64,000 bases of DNA from a bacterium (GTDB taxonomy: Bacteria > Patescibacteriota > UBA1384 > VFKW01), in assembly GCA_030647355.1 (NCBI GenBank), contig JAUSIS010000006.1, forward strand, positions 253,465 through 317,464, in the 5' to 3' direction. Of the stretch, positions 9,988 through 19,933 are shown piece by piece; position 1 is the stretch's first letter; each line of letters starts with the position of its first letter. Position numbers and translations under genes: made by a program. The notes beneath the pieces are model-generated. The model searched no databases. It had not been told where the DNA came from and worked only from the letters and a program-made list of their open reading frames with translations.

Positions 9988-10839
9988 ATGGAATTTACCC
10001 TACCGGAAATCAATTTACTACAGATCAAACAGGCGCAAACCGACGAGAATGCTGCTACCTTTGTGCTTGAACCTCTTTCGCCAGGCTATGGAGTCACGAT
10101 CGGCAACTCCTTGCGTCGTGTTTTACTATCCTCACTCGCCGGTGCCGCCATTTCTTATATCAAAATCGATGGCATTACCCACGAATTTTCGACAATTCCT
10201 GGAGTTAAAGAAGATGTAGTTGATCTAATATTAAATCTAAAAGGTATGCGGATTAAACTCCACGGAGACGAACCAACAACTATTACCCTCGAGGCAACTA
10301 AGTCGGGCGAGGTAAAAGCTAAAGACTTTAAGCCCAACCCACAAGTAGAGATTGTCGATCCGAACTATCACATTACCACTCTAGATAAAAATGGGAAGCT
10401 TTATTTAGAAGCTTATATTGAAAAAGGACGGGGATACCTCCCAACCGAATTAAAGAAAGACGATAAACTTCCCTTAGGAACAATCGCCATAGACAGCATA
10501 TTTACACCCGTGAAAAAAGTTCATTATGAAGTAGAAAATACCCGCGTAGGACGAATGACCAACTTCGACAAACTCACATTAGATTTAACAACGGACGGCA
10601 CAATCAAACCAATAGATGCACTAGAGCAAGCGGCGAAGATTCTTGTAGAACACTTTGGTATTATATCCGAGCTCAAAACTGAAAAGAAAGAGATAGAAAT
10701 AGTTGAAGAAGCTCCCGAGGTGAATAATTATGAACCGGAGCAAGAAGAGATGATTGAGGAAGAGAAACCTAGAAAACCCAGAAAAGCTAAAGAAGAAAAA
10801 ACAGCAAAGAAATCATCTAGGAAAAACCGGGAAGAATAA
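9988..10839 (+). CDS. rpoA: RNA polymerase alpha subunit. Only the N-terminal domain is present, followed by a charged low-complexity tail; no recognisable alpha-CTD.
   Basis: The alpha-NTD is conserved (VLEPLSPGYGVTIGNSLRRVLLSSLAGAA...). The C-terminal 55 aa are E/K-rich (KKEIEIVEEAPE...KPRKPRKAKEEKTAKKSSRKNREE). The protein is 283 aa against about 330 aa for a typical RpoA. Confidence 0.85.
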   Translation: MEFTLPEINLLQIKQAQTDENAATFVLEPLSPGYGVTIGNSLRRVLLSSLAGAAISYIKIDGITHEFSTIPGVKEDVVDLILNLKGMRIKLHGDEPTTITLEATKSGEVKAKDFKPNPQVEIVDPNYHITTLDKNGKLYLEAYIEKGRGYLPTELKKDDKLPLGTIAIDSIFTPVKKVHYEVENTRVGRMTNFDKLTLDLTTDGTIKPIDALEQAAKILVEHFGIISELKTEKKEIEIVEEAPEVNNYEPEQEEMIEEEKPRKPRKAKEEKTAKKSSRKNREE

Positions 10840-10851
10840 TCTAGGAGAAGC

Positions 10852-11259
10852 ATGGAACGTAAATTGGGCCGCAAAAAAGCAAATCGGGAGCACCTACTGA
10901 GAAATCTTGTGACTTCTCTAATTCTCTATGAACGAATAACCACCACCCGACCAAAAGCCAAAGAAGTTAAAAAAGAAATTGATCGCTTGATTACAACTGC
11001 CAAGAAAAACAATCTTGTATCGTACCGACAAGTAATGGCTTATGTTTTTGATGATAACGCCGCCAAAAAAATAAAAGAAATTCTGATTCCTCGCTTTACT
11101 ACAAGGACAAGCGGTTTTACTAAATCATACCATTATGGCAAGCGAACTGGTGATGCTGCTGAAATGACAATCGTTGAATTAATCCAAGACGAAAGTAAAA
11201 CAGAAGATTCTGTCCAGTCGAAAACAGACAAAGTGATTAAAACTAAAAAAACACCCTAG
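10852..11259 (+). CDS. rplQ: Ribosomal protein L17
   Basis: MERKLGRKKANREHLLRNLVTSLILYERITTT. Confidence 0.9.
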   Translation: MERKLGRKKANREHLLRNLVTSLILYERITTTRPKAKEVKKEIDRLITTAKKNNLVSYRQVMAYVFDDNAAKKIKEILIPRFTTRTSGFTKSYHYGKRTGDAAEMTIVELIQDESKTEDSVQSKTDKVIKTKKTP

Positions 11260-11269
11260 TAAAAAGGAA

Positions 11270-11659
11270 ATGGCAATGCCAAACCAAATACAAAGACAAC
11301 TTCATCAAATAGATGCAACCGACAAAATTCTCGGACGGCTTGCCAGTGAGATTGCCGATCTTCTACGCGGCAAAAAGAAGCCTGAATTCGTCCCAAATTT
11401 AGATGTTGGCGATACGGTAGTTGTAGAGAATGCGAGAAAAATACGGCTCACGGGAAATAAACTAAGCAAGAAAATTTATTACCGACACACTGGCTACCCT
11501 GGGGGAATTCGACAGAAAACCGCCAACGAAATAATGAATTCAGATCCCACCGAACTAATCCGCCATGCAGTCCATGGAATGTTGCCAAAAAATAAACTAA
11601 GAAGACTGTGGATGAACCGTCTCAAAATTCATGCAGATAGTGCAAGTAAGGAGCAGTAA
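11270..11659 (+). CDS. rplM: Ribosomal protein L13
   Basis: ...DATDKILGRLASEIADLLRGKKKPEFVPNLDVGD... Confidence 0.9.
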   Translation: MAMPNQIQRQLHQIDATDKILGRLASEIADLLRGKKKPEFVPNLDVGDTVVVENARKIRLTGNKLSKKIYYRHTGYPGGIRQKTANEIMNSDPTELIRHAVHGMLPKNKLRRLWMNRLKIHADSASKEQ

Positions 11660-12054
11660 TGGCAAATACCAAAAAGACTTCTGATAATAAATACGTCGTC
11701 GGAATAGGACGAAGAAAAACAGCCACTGCCCAGGCAAGACTTACACCCGGTAAAGGCAAATTGACTATCAATAATCAGGAAATAGATAAAATAGAAGATA
11801 AGATCACCAACCCATTAATACTTACGGGACAATTCGGAAAATTTGATATTAGTGTTATGGTCCGAGGCGGGGGAATGAGTAGTCAAACCGATGCAATAGC
11901 TCTTGCTATATCTCGGGCGATCATTGCCCATGACGAAAGTCTTAAGCCAACTCTCCGCAAAGCAGGCCTCACCACCCGTGATCCCAGAGAGAAAGAACGC
12001 AAAAAGCCCGGATTAAAAAGAGCGAGAAAAGCTCCTCAATGGCAAAAACGTTAG
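11659..12054 (+). CDS. rpsI: Ribosomal protein S9
   Basis: ...YVVGIGRRKTATAQARL...ends ...KAPQWQKR. Confidence 0.9.
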   Translation: MANTKKTSDNKYVVGIGRRKTATAQARLTPGKGKLTINNQEIDKIEDKITNPLILTGQFGKFDISVMVRGGGMSSQTDAIALAISRAIIAHDESLKPTLRKAGLTTRDPREKERKKPGLKRARKAPQWQKR

Positions 12055-12060
12055 CCAATT

Positions 12061-12095
12061 AAAAATACCACATTCATGTGGTATTTTTAATTTTA
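12061..12095 (+). terminator. Rho-independent terminator after rpsI
   Basis: Hairpin ATACCACAT-tc-ATGTGGTAT followed by TTTTTAATTTT. Confidence 0.5.
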
Positions 12096-12127
12096 TATTG
12101 ATCACCATCTTATGGTATAATCAATTT

Positions 12128-12442
12128 ATGACTACACGACTACAAAAAATCAACGAAACCCTCCGACACGAACTTAGTTTAATTTTACTAGACCTAAGTG
12201 AAAAAGAGTGGGGAATCGTCACCCTAACAGATGTTCAGATCAGCCCCGATCTGTCAACGGCTCGAGTATGGATCGATGGGGAAGAAGATATAATAAACCA
12301 AATTAAAAAACACACCCCTGAAATTCGAAAATTACTTCGTCCGCGAATAAAATTTAAATACATACCTCGTCTTTCTTTCCTCAAAGAGGATGATACTATC
12401 GCCCATATTGAAGAAATGCTGGAGAAAATTGATGAAAAATAA
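12128..12442 (+). CDS. rbfA: Ribosome-binding factor A
   Basis: TLTDVQISPDLSTARVWI and the overall KH-like RbfA pattern. Probable start is ATG 12128; the track ORF begins at 12098. Confidence 0.65.
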   Translation: MTTRLQKINETLRHELSLILLDLSEKEWGIVTLTDVQISPDLSTARVWIDGEEDIINQIKKHTPEIRKLLRPRIKFKYIPRLSFLKEDDTIAHIEEMLEKIDEK

Positions 12443-12824
12443 AACTACTCTTTTCACAATATTTAGTATCAGCCTATTCGCTTTTGGTATCTGGATAGTA
12501 ATATTATTCAATGTCGACCCAACAAGTGCAGATAAACTAAGCTATATATGCTTTGTCTCTAGCTTATTCCTGTGGTTAAGCGGTACTCTAGTGTTTATTG
12601 AATATTTTGCGAAAAAAAAATTATCAAATGGACAACTCGTCCATCTACCAATAATAGTGCGTCACAGCATAATGATCACCCTTGCCCTCACCCTCTTACT
12701 TTCATTAAAACTTTTGCGCATATTAAATTCAATCGATGCCATATTAATTATTGCCACCGTCTCTATATCAGAGTTGTATTTTAAAGCGAGGCCCAATGGA
12801 AAACCAAAACCAACCCAAAACTAA
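12432..12824 (+). CDS. Hypothetical polytopic membrane protein
   Basis: About 4 hydrophobic helices. Start is ATG 12432, overlapping the rbfA stop. Confidence 0.35.
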   Translation: MKNKTTLFTIFSISLFAFGIWIVILFNVDPTSADKLSYICFVSSLFLWLSGTLVFIEYFAKKKLSNGQLVHLPIIVRHSIMITLALTLLLSLKLLRILNSIDAILIIATVSISELYFKARPNGKPKPTQN

Positions 12825-13497
12825 AGGCCATCTACACCCAATGACTCAATTTATTCGTAATCTTGTCTCAATTTTTGAAAAAAACGGCTTTGAAGTCGCC
12901 ACAGGACCTGAAGTTGAAACAGAATGGAACAATTTTGATTTTCTCAACGTACCTGCCGATCACCCATCGCGTGACACACAAGATACTTTCTGGCTGACCA
13001 ACGGTACACTGCTTCGTACCCATACCACCACACTTCAAGCAAGAATAATGCAGAATCGCAAGCCGCCAGTGCGCTTTATAATGCCCGGAAAAATTTACCG
13101 CAACGAAGCAACTGACCAAACACATGAAGCAATTTTCTATCAATTGGACGGCTTTGCTATTGATAAGTATGCCAAGCTAACTGATTTACTCGGAACATTA
13201 GAAGATCTTTTCATACAATTATTGGGTGAAAAAACTGAAGTACGGTTCCGTCCTCATCTATTTCCATTTGTTGAGCCGGGTGTAGAAATGGATCTCAAAT
13301 GGAAAGGCAAATGGATGGAAATGGCAGGAGCAGGCATGATTCATCCCAAAGTTTTAACAAACATGGGACTTAATCCCGACGATTGGCAAGGCTTTGCATT
13401 TGGGATCGGTCTAGATAGATTCCTAATGAGTTATTACGGAATAGATGATATTCGACTTTTACATAAGAACGATCTTCGCTTTCTGGATCAATTTTAA
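12796..13497 (+). CDS. pheS: Phenylalanine--tRNA ligase alpha subunit (short form, catalytic core only)
   Basis: Class II motifs: FDFLNVPADHPSRDTQDTFWL, ...RPHLFPFVEPGVEMD..., GFAFGIGLDRFLM. The start is uncertain (12796 or 12841). It lacks the usual ~100-aa N-terminal extension. Confidence 0.75.
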   Translation: MENQNQPKTKGHLHPMTQFIRNLVSIFEKNGFEVATGPEVETEWNNFDFLNVPADHPSRDTQDTFWLTNGTLLRTHTTTLQARIMQNRKPPVRFIMPGKIYRNEATDQTHEAIFYQLDGFAIDKYAKLTDLLGTLEDLFIQLLGEKTEVRFRPHLFPFVEPGVEMDLKWKGKWMEMAGAGMIHPKVLTNMGLNPDDWQGFAFGIGLDRFLMSYYGIDDIRLLHKNDLRFLDQF

Positions 13498-13528
13498 AAA
13501 ACCCATTAATACTAAATCCGGAGGATTA

Positions 13529-15445
13529 ATGTTAATCCCAATTGATTGGTTAAATGAATATATATCGATAGATAAAAACGACTATCAAATTGCCCAGATA
13601 CTAACTCTGGCCGGACTTACAATTGAGAATACTAAAAATCAAATTATGAATGCAGAAGTAACCTCCAATCGCCCAGATTGGCTTTCGATCTATGGAATTG
13701 CGCGAGAATTCTCAGCCCTAACTAACACAAAATTAAATCCACTGCCAATCAAAAATATTACACCAAAACAAGAAACAGTACTTAAAATAACTGCCGACCC
13801 CTCGCTGATTTTTAGATTTACCGGTTACGTAGTAAAGAATATTAAAATCGGAGCATCACCAGATTGGCTAAAAAAAAGATTGAATTCGGTCGGCATTCGC
13901 TCAATCAATAATGTAGTTGACATCACAAATTATATAATGATCGAAACCGGACAACCACTTCACTCATTTGATCTTGATAAACTCGGCCCAAAATTTTCTC
14001 TTCGTTGCGGCAAGAAAGGCGAAACTATCGCAACGCTAGATGGAATTTCACGAGCACTCAACGAAAATATTATAATAGCCGAGTCCAACGACCAAATAGT
14101 TGATCTTGTTGGAATTATGGGTGGTTCATCGTGCGAAACAACCAAAACTACAAAGAATATTTTCCTGCAAGCAGCTGTCTTTCCGCCTAAACTAATTCGA
14201 AAATCTTCCAAAACCATCAAGCTTACAACAGAAGCATCTTACCGCTATGAACGAGGTGTAGATTATATAAAAAACAAAGACTGCCTAGATCGAGCCATTT
14301 CTATGATTTTGGATCTGTGCGGTGGAGAAGTAAGTCAGTTGATAGATATATACCCACCAAAAGACACATCAAAAACAATCCAATGGACAATCAAACAAGC
14401 AGAAACGCTCTTAGGTATCTCAATAAAAAAGGAGCAGGTACTCGATTGGCTAAACGCCTTGGGGATAGAAACCATCGAAAATGACAACATATTTACTTCT
14501 ACCGCGCCTTCCTGGCGCTTTGATATAAATATTAAAGAGGACGTTTTTGAAGAAATCGCCCGCTGTAAAATAATAAACGATTTCCCCAGAACCACTCTCA
14601 ATCCAACCCAACCCGAAGATCAGCACACAACATTTGATGGAATAGAACATACAAAAGATACACTCATTAATTTAGGCTTAACCGAAATTGATGGGTATTC
14701 ATTCCTTTCGCTTAGAAATCTTACAAATGCCGGCTTCTCATCCTCCGATTGCCTCGAAGCTAGCAACCCCCTCTCGGAAGAATTTCAATACCTAAGACCA
14801 TCGCTCTTACCCGATATGCTTCTTGCGGTAGCCCAAAATCCATCATTCAACGAAGTTGCTCTATTCGAAATCGGCAGTATTTTTCAAATTAATAAAGAAC
14901 AAATACAAGTCGGAATAATATTTGCGGGAAAAGATATAACTTCTCAGAGCGATACAATAAATAAGTGGCTAAACGCTACCTTAAGTAATCCCAAAACGCC
15001 TCAAGAAATCCCTAAAAACATACTGAAAAATTATAAAGTAAGAAAAAATAAAGTATACTTTATAGAATTTGCATTCGAAGAAATCTCAAAATCACTGCAA
15101 AACAAAAAACTTTCCTATATTATTCCCAAAATGGAGCAAAAATACGTTCCAATATCCAAATACCCTGCTATAAAAAGAGATTTAGCCATTATTATTGATC
15201 AGTCAATTAATCCAGATGATATCATAAAAACAATTACCAACCAATCACTAGATAATATAGAAATTTTTTGCCAGTTATTCGATGAATTTGTCAACGACAG
15301 ATTTGGAAAAAACAAAAAATCATTGGCTTTTCATATAACCTACCAATCGCAACAAAAAACACTCACTGATCAGGAAATCGAACAAATCCATTGCGCCATT
15401 ACCAAAACCCTAAAAAACAATTTTCAAGCTATCCCAAGAATATAA
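13529..15445 (+). CDS. pheT: Phenylalanine--tRNA ligase beta subunit
   Basis: RBS GGAGGA before ATG 13529 (MLIPIDWLNEYI...). B3/4 and B5 domain-like sequence. The track start at 13445 overlaps pheS. Confidence 0.8.
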   Translation: MLIPIDWLNEYISIDKNDYQIAQILTLAGLTIENTKNQIMNAEVTSNRPDWLSIYGIAREFSALTNTKLNPLPIKNITPKQETVLKITADPSLIFRFTGYVVKNIKIGASPDWLKKRLNSVGIRSINNVVDITNYIMIETGQPLHSFDLDKLGPKFSLRCGKKGETIATLDGISRALNENIIIAESNDQIVDLVGIMGGSSCETTKTTKNIFLQAAVFPPKLIRKSSKTIKLTTEASYRYERGVDYIKNKDCLDRAISMILDLCGGEVSQLIDIYPPKDTSKTIQWTIKQAETLLGISIKKEQVLDWLNALGIETIENDNIFTSTAPSWRFDINIKEDVFEEIARCKIINDFPRTTLNPTQPEDQHTTFDGIEHTKDTLINLGLTEIDGYSFLSLRNLTNAGFSSSDCLEASNPLSEEFQYLRPSLLPDMLLAVAQNPSFNEVALFEIGSIFQINKEQIQVGIIFAGKDITSQSDTINKWLNATLSNPKTPQEIPKNILKNYKVRKNKVYFIEFAFEEISKSLQNKKLSYIIPKMEQKYVPISKYPAIKRDLAIIIDQSINPDDIIKTITNQSLDNIEIFCQLFDEFVNDRFGKNKKSLAFHITYQSQQKTLTDQEIEQIHCAITKTLKNNFQAIPRI

Positions 15446-15453
15446 GAGGCAAA

Positions 15454-16524
15454 ATGCTTTACCAGAAACACCCTTACCAACCATACAAATCAAACTTCAA
15501 TTCCCAAAGACATTTATATTCCAAACCATTCAACAAATACAAAAAAACAATTTGGCAAATAACCAGCATTGCCCTGGTAGTTATTCTGATAATCTTCATA
15601 AACTCCAATAAAACCCACAAAAATCAATCAACAAATGAACCCCAAGCGCTTTCCGCTTCAATAAAATCTTTCCTGCCAATTTTGCCCACCATAACCCCAA
15701 AGAGCACCCTCGTAATTGCCCAAAGAAAAGCTGATATAAATGACCCGTATATACCAGCAAAAAATATTTTTTTACTAGACTCGGAAAATAGCTATCCTCT
15801 CTATGAAAAAAATTCCCACGATAGAGTACCTATCGCCTCAATAACTAAAATCATGACCGCCATAGTCGCACTAGATAATTATGATTTAAACCAAATAGTA
15901 ACAGTACCACAAAGTGCAGCCACTATAGCCGGCTCAAGAATGAAACTTTCCATAAACGAAAAAATTACAGTTCAAAATCTACTATATGGACTGCTGTTAG
16001 ATTCCGGTAATGATGCCGCTTATGCCCTAGCCAGCCTGGAGACTACAGCAAAAAAGGGAGATATTAAACCTTTTGTTGAAAAAATGAATCAGAAAGCCCA
16101 ACTCTTAGGTTTGAATAATACTTTTTTCTACTGCCCGGCTGGACTGGACGATAAGGGCTATTCAACCGCACACGACCTCGCATATTTAACGGCTTTCGGC
16201 TTGAGAAATAAAACTTTTTCCGAAATTATTTTAACAGCCCAAAAAACCGTTTTCTCTTCCGACGGAAAATATCGCCATGATCTCATCAATACAAACCGGC
16301 TAGTCGTCCCCACCGAAACATTATATCTTCCATCGGCAATCGGTGGCAAAACCGGATATACAGAATTAGCCGGGCACAGTTTAGTGGCAGCTGCAAAACA
16401 AGATGGACACACGCTGATTAGCGTTGTGCTTAATACATACAACCCTGCTAAACCGGAAAGTGCCCGCCTAAGTAAAGAGCTTCTCACTTGGGGTTTAGCA
16501 AGCTTTCAATGGACAGTTCAATAA
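15454..16524 (+). CDS. D-alanyl-D-alanine carboxypeptidase (serine-type, PBP5/6 family)
   Basis: SxxK (ASITKIMT), SxN (DSGND) and KTG (GGKTGYT) motifs. N-terminal signal-anchor. Confidence 0.75.
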   Translation: MLYQKHPYQPYKSNFNSQRHLYSKPFNKYKKTIWQITSIALVVILIIFINSNKTHKNQSTNEPQALSASIKSFLPILPTITPKSTLVIAQRKADINDPYIPAKNIFLLDSENSYPLYEKNSHDRVPIASITKIMTAIVALDNYDLNQIVTVPQSAATIAGSRMKLSINEKITVQNLLYGLLLDSGNDAAYALASLETTAKKGDIKPFVEKMNQKAQLLGLNNTFFYCPAGLDDKGYSTAHDLAYLTAFGLRNKTFSEIILTAQKTVFSSDGKYRHDLINTNRLVVPTETLYLPSAIGGKTGYTELAGHSLVAAAKQDGHTLISVVLNTYNPAKPESARLSKELLTWGLASFQWTVQ

Positions 16525-16603
16525 AAATGTTGACAACATTATTTTGCGTAGTATGATGAGCACAAAGGTCGATAACTTATTAATCTAACAAAAGGAGCTA
16601 TCA

Positions 16604-17281
16604 ATGCTTTCAGATTGGTACAACACAACCATAGATGACGTTAGTAAGTATTGGGACAGGATAGTTGATTTTACCCCCCGCCTAATCGGCGCTGTATTAA
16701 TTATTGTAGTTGGTTTAATTATCGCGCGATTACTAAAGTGGGCAGTTATCACTATTCTGGAAGCGCTCAAAGTGCAGACCTTCTTTGATAGGATCCACTT
16801 CACAGAGGTTATGAAAAAGGCAGGAATAACCTTCAAGGTAGAGTCCGTTTCGGCAGATTTCATAAAATGGCTCACCATCGTTATTTTTCTTATTCCCTCT
16901 GCCAAGATATTAGGATTGGATTCAATATCAGATCTATTGGAACGACTGCTGTTGTTCATACCAAATGTCATCATCACTGCACTTATCGTATTAATTGGCA
17001 CACTATTTGCTAATGTGCTATCGCAAGTCGTCAAAGCAGGATCCGCTGGAATCGGAATGACCACCTCCAGAATGCTGGCCGGCATAACCCGCTGGGTTAT
17101 TTATGTATTCATCGCTTTTGCTGCTTTCTTCCAGCTAGGTATTCCTACTTATCTGATCAGCGTAATGTTCACGGGATTAATTGCCGCCTTAGCAATTGCT
17201 ATAGGCCTTGCCTTTGGATTGGGCGGACAAAATGGAGCCTCCGATCTCGTCAAGAAAATCAGAGAAGACTTCAAAAAATAG
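16604..17281 (+). CDS. Membrane protein with repeated conserved TM-helix modules (MscS-like N-terminal repeats)
   Basis: Tandem repeats such as LIGAVLIIVVGLIIARLLKWAV and ITALIVLIGTLFANVLSQVVK. Confidence 0.45.
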   Translation: MLSDWYNTTIDDVSKYWDRIVDFTPRLIGAVLIIVVGLIIARLLKWAVITILEALKVQTFFDRIHFTEVMKKAGITFKVESVSADFIKWLTIVIFLIPSAKILGLDSISDLLERLLLFIPNVIITALIVLIGTLFANVLSQVVKAGSAGIGMTTSRMLAGITRWVIYVFIAFAAFFQLGIPTYLISVMFTGLIAALAIAIGLAFGLGGQNGASDLVKKIREDFKK

Positions 17282-17398
17282 TAACGACTATACAAGAAAG
17301 AGGGCAGCAAATCCTCTTTTTTGTATAACGGTCATTAAATATATTGCCAGAACACAATCTGTGTGATATAATTAACACCAAATATCAGAGAGGATATT

Positions 17399-18019
17399 GT
17401 GTACGAAGAAATTAGAGAAAGTATTCAAACCCAAAAAAGAACAAGCTTAATGATTTTTTTAGGTATCGCCCTAATACTACTTTTGGTTGCAATCGGTTTG
17501 AATATCAATAAATATTTAAACAAAAAAGAAACAGCCTCAAAAACCACCAAAACTACCCTTATAAAAAATGAAAATGAAAATAAATATAAAAAAGTAAAGA
17601 TGACAGTAAATGGCAAGATAATGAGCGTTTTTATACCAAATGATTTACCAATACAGTATGACAAAGATACCAGGATAAATATAATACTAAGTAATAAACA
17701 GCAGCTTGTTTTTATCCCTCAATCCTGGTCTTGCCCAGACAGTAAAGAAACTTCACCTCAAATAACACAACCAACCGCTCCGAGTCCAACTCCGGTTGCT
17801 TCAGCATCTCCCACGAACGCCAAAACAAATACAAAGCAAACAACGGTGAAAAAAATAATAACAATCTATCAATTATTGCCAACCGCCCCAGCATCATCTA
17901 GCGCGTCTGCCTGGAGCAATGCCAACGCCAATTCCACTACAAGTTCGAGCTCTTCATCCTCCTCTAGTTCATTTCAAAACGCTAACGCCACAGCCAGCGC
18001 CTCATCCCACACTAACTAA
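17399..18019 (+). CDS. Membrane-anchored Ser/Thr/Pro-rich surface protein
   Basis: N-terminal TM helix. C-terminal low-complexity PTAPSPTPVASASP...SSSSSSSSSS. GTG start, or ATG 17447. Confidence 0.4.
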   Translation: MYEEIRESIQTQKRTSLMIFLGIALILLLVAIGLNINKYLNKKETASKTTKTTLIKNENENKYKKVKMTVNGKIMSVFIPNDLPIQYDKDTRINIILSNKQQLVFIPQSWSCPDSKETSPQITQPTAPSPTPVASASPTNAKTNTKQTTVKKIITIYQLLPTAPASSSASAWSNANANSTTSSSSSSSSSSFQNANATASASSHTN

Positions 18020-18033
18020 TCTTAAAAAAAATA

Positions 18034-18723
18034 TCAATATCTCTCGAGGGCTTTGGAAGCGGCAACTTGCTCAGCCGCCTGTTTCGAAGCACCCGCACCC
18101 TCTCCAATCATTCTATCATTCACAAATACACCAACAATAAAACGTTTATCATGGTCTGGACCTGACTCGCCAATAACACGATAATTCGGCGTAAACCCCT
18201 CCCTCTCTTGAACTAATTCCTGCAATCTGCTCTTTGCATCAACATGTAATCCGAGTTCTAGTATCTCGGGCAAATGACCTAATATATAACGATTAACAAA
18301 ATCCTTAGCTTTTTCCATTTTTTGATCCAAATATATCGCGCCTATCAATGCTTCCAGCGCATTTGCCATAATAATCTGCCTGCCCTTACCACCACTCTTA
18401 GCTTCGCCACGACTCAGATAAAGGTAATCCGACATCGCTAAATCACCTGCAACTTTTGCCAGCATCTCACCTTTTACCAAAGCGCTCCGCCAGTTTGTCA
18501 GTTCTCCTTCCGGATTTGGAAAATTTTTATATAAATATTCTGTAGTTATTAGCTCTAAAACCGCGTCACCCAAGAATTCTAATCGTTCATTATGCTCTAA
18601 TTTAAATGAAGGATTCTCGTTTAAAAATGAGCGATGCACAAACACCTGGCAAAGCAGATCGGAGTTTTTAAACTTGATACCTATTTTTTTCTCAAAATTA
18701 GAAAAATTCTTATCCACAATCAC
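18034..18723 (-). CDS. rnc: Ribonuclease III
   Basis: ERLEFLGDAVLELITTEYLY catalytic signature plus a C-terminal dsRBD. Confidence 0.9.
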   Translation of the reverse strand: MIVDKNFSNFEKKIGIKFKNSDLLCQVFVHRSFLNENPSFKLEHNERLEFLGDAVLELITTEYLYKNFPNPEGELTNWRSALVKGEMLAKVAGDLAMSDYLYLSRGEAKSGGKGRQIIMANALEALIGAIYLDQKMEKAKDFVNRYILGHLPEILELGLHVDAKSRLQELVQEREGFTPNYRVIGESGPDHDKRFIVGVFVNDRMIGEGAGASKQAAEQVAASKALERY

Positions 18724-18734
18724 CTCATTACAAA

Positions 18735-19217
18735 TTAAGATTTCCCACTACTTTTTGATTTATCCTTTGATTTATCCAATTGCTCATCGGTAGATTCTTC
18801 CTCTTCTTCTACATATTTATCACTTTGACGATAGAGCGTCCCCAAAACCCCATTAATAAACTTACTAGAGTTTTCACCCCCGAACGCCTTACCAAGCTCA
18901 ACAGCTTCATTAATGGCAACCTTAGGCGGCACTTCTTCTTGATAAAGCAACTCAAAAATTGCCAACCGCAAGATTGTCTTATCAACCACCGATATTTGCT
19001 CTAGCGGCCATTCCGGTGCAGACTCAATAATCAACTTATCAATCTTATCAATATTACCAGCAACTCCAGAAACAATCCCCATAATGAAATCCTGATCAGC
19101 GCTATCGCCACTGTGCTCAATGTTTCGCTTGGTTATTGCAATCGAATCATCACCATGACGAAAATCCCACTCATACAAAGACTGCATTGCGATTATCCGT
19201 GAAAGATGACGATTCAT
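18735..19217 (-). CDS. nusB: Transcription antitermination factor NusB
   Basis: RIIAMQSLYEWDF... NusB fold with an acidic C-terminal tail. Confidence 0.75.
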   Translation of the reverse strand: MNRHLSRIIAMQSLYEWDFRHGDDSIAITKRNIEHSGDSADQDFIMGIVSGVAGNIDKIDKLIIESAPEWPLEQISVVDKTILRLAIFELLYQEEVPPKVAINEAVELGKAFGGENSSKFINGVLGTLYRQSDKYVEEEEESTDEQLDKSKDKSKSSGKS

Positions 19218-19226
19218 AAAACTCCT

Positions 19227-19451
19227 TTACTTCGATTTTTCTTCAGAGTCTGCAATAGTAGGCGTCTTCTCTTTCTTATCTAAGTCAAGGACTTTGCTGC
19301 CATTATAGAATCCACAAATTTTGCAAATTTCATGCGGCTTGATAGGTGATTTACATTTTTTGCAGACAATTAATGTCATCTCCAACAAATTGATTTGTCC
19401 ACGACGATTACCCGACCGGGTACTAGTCATTCTCTTCTTTGGTTGGGGCAT
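19227..19451 (-). CDS. rpmF: Ribosomal protein L32
   Basis: MPQPKKRMTSTRSGNRRGQ... with a C-x2-C...C-x2-C zinc ribbon. Confidence 0.85.
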   Translation of the reverse strand: MPQPKKRMTSTRSGNRRGQINLLEMTLIVCKKCKSPIKPHEICKICGFYNGSKVLDLDKKEKTPTIADSEEKSK

Positions 19452-19478
19452 TGGTTACTCCTTTGGTCTACCGTAGCT

Positions 19479-19880
19479 TTAGCGTAGGAGACCTCGACAA
19501 TTCTTCTTACATAATATTTGTATTGGCAAACTTAGAATAATCTCCTCGCGCACTATTGGTTCAAAATCCACGATCCCATCGCTTGACAAAACATCATCCG
19601 CATCCAAATCCTCTTCAAATATTCTTTCAAACTGTAAGTCAATATGTCTATTAAAGCCTCTGCCGCACCTAGAACATATCAGCTCAATCTCAGTTTCAAT
19701 ATTCCCCTTAGCATTAATCGTTTTGTCTATATTAACGATGTCAAGTTTTACAATAACCGGAGAAATGTACTTTATCTCGTCTTCACTGCTAAGATGACCA
19801 GAAAGCTTATACTTATATAACTTTCCGACCTCACCCGATAAAATCTCCCGCATGTCAATGGAAAACTTTTTCTCATCCAT
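19479..19880 (-). CDS. yceD: YceD/DUF177 family protein (large-subunit rRNA accumulation protein)
   Basis: CxRCG...C motif and the conserved position immediately upstream of rpmF. Confidence 0.6.
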   Translation of the reverse strand: MDEKKFSIDMREILSGEVGKLYKYKLSGHLSSEDEIKYISPVIVKLDIVNIDKTINAKGNIETEIELICSRCGRGFNRHIDLQFERIFEEDLDADDVLSSDGIVDFEPIVREEIILSLPIQILCKKNCRGLLR

Positions 19881-19933
19881 ATCAAGATAATACCATATTT
19901 ATCTCTTAAAATCAACGGTTGGCTAGTGTTAAC

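Noticed and set aside
16585-17085. 166-aa minus-strand ORF
   Set aside because: It is entirely antisense to the better-supported TM-helix-repeat membrane protein gene (16604-17281). It has no RBS or motif and is most likely a shadow ORF.
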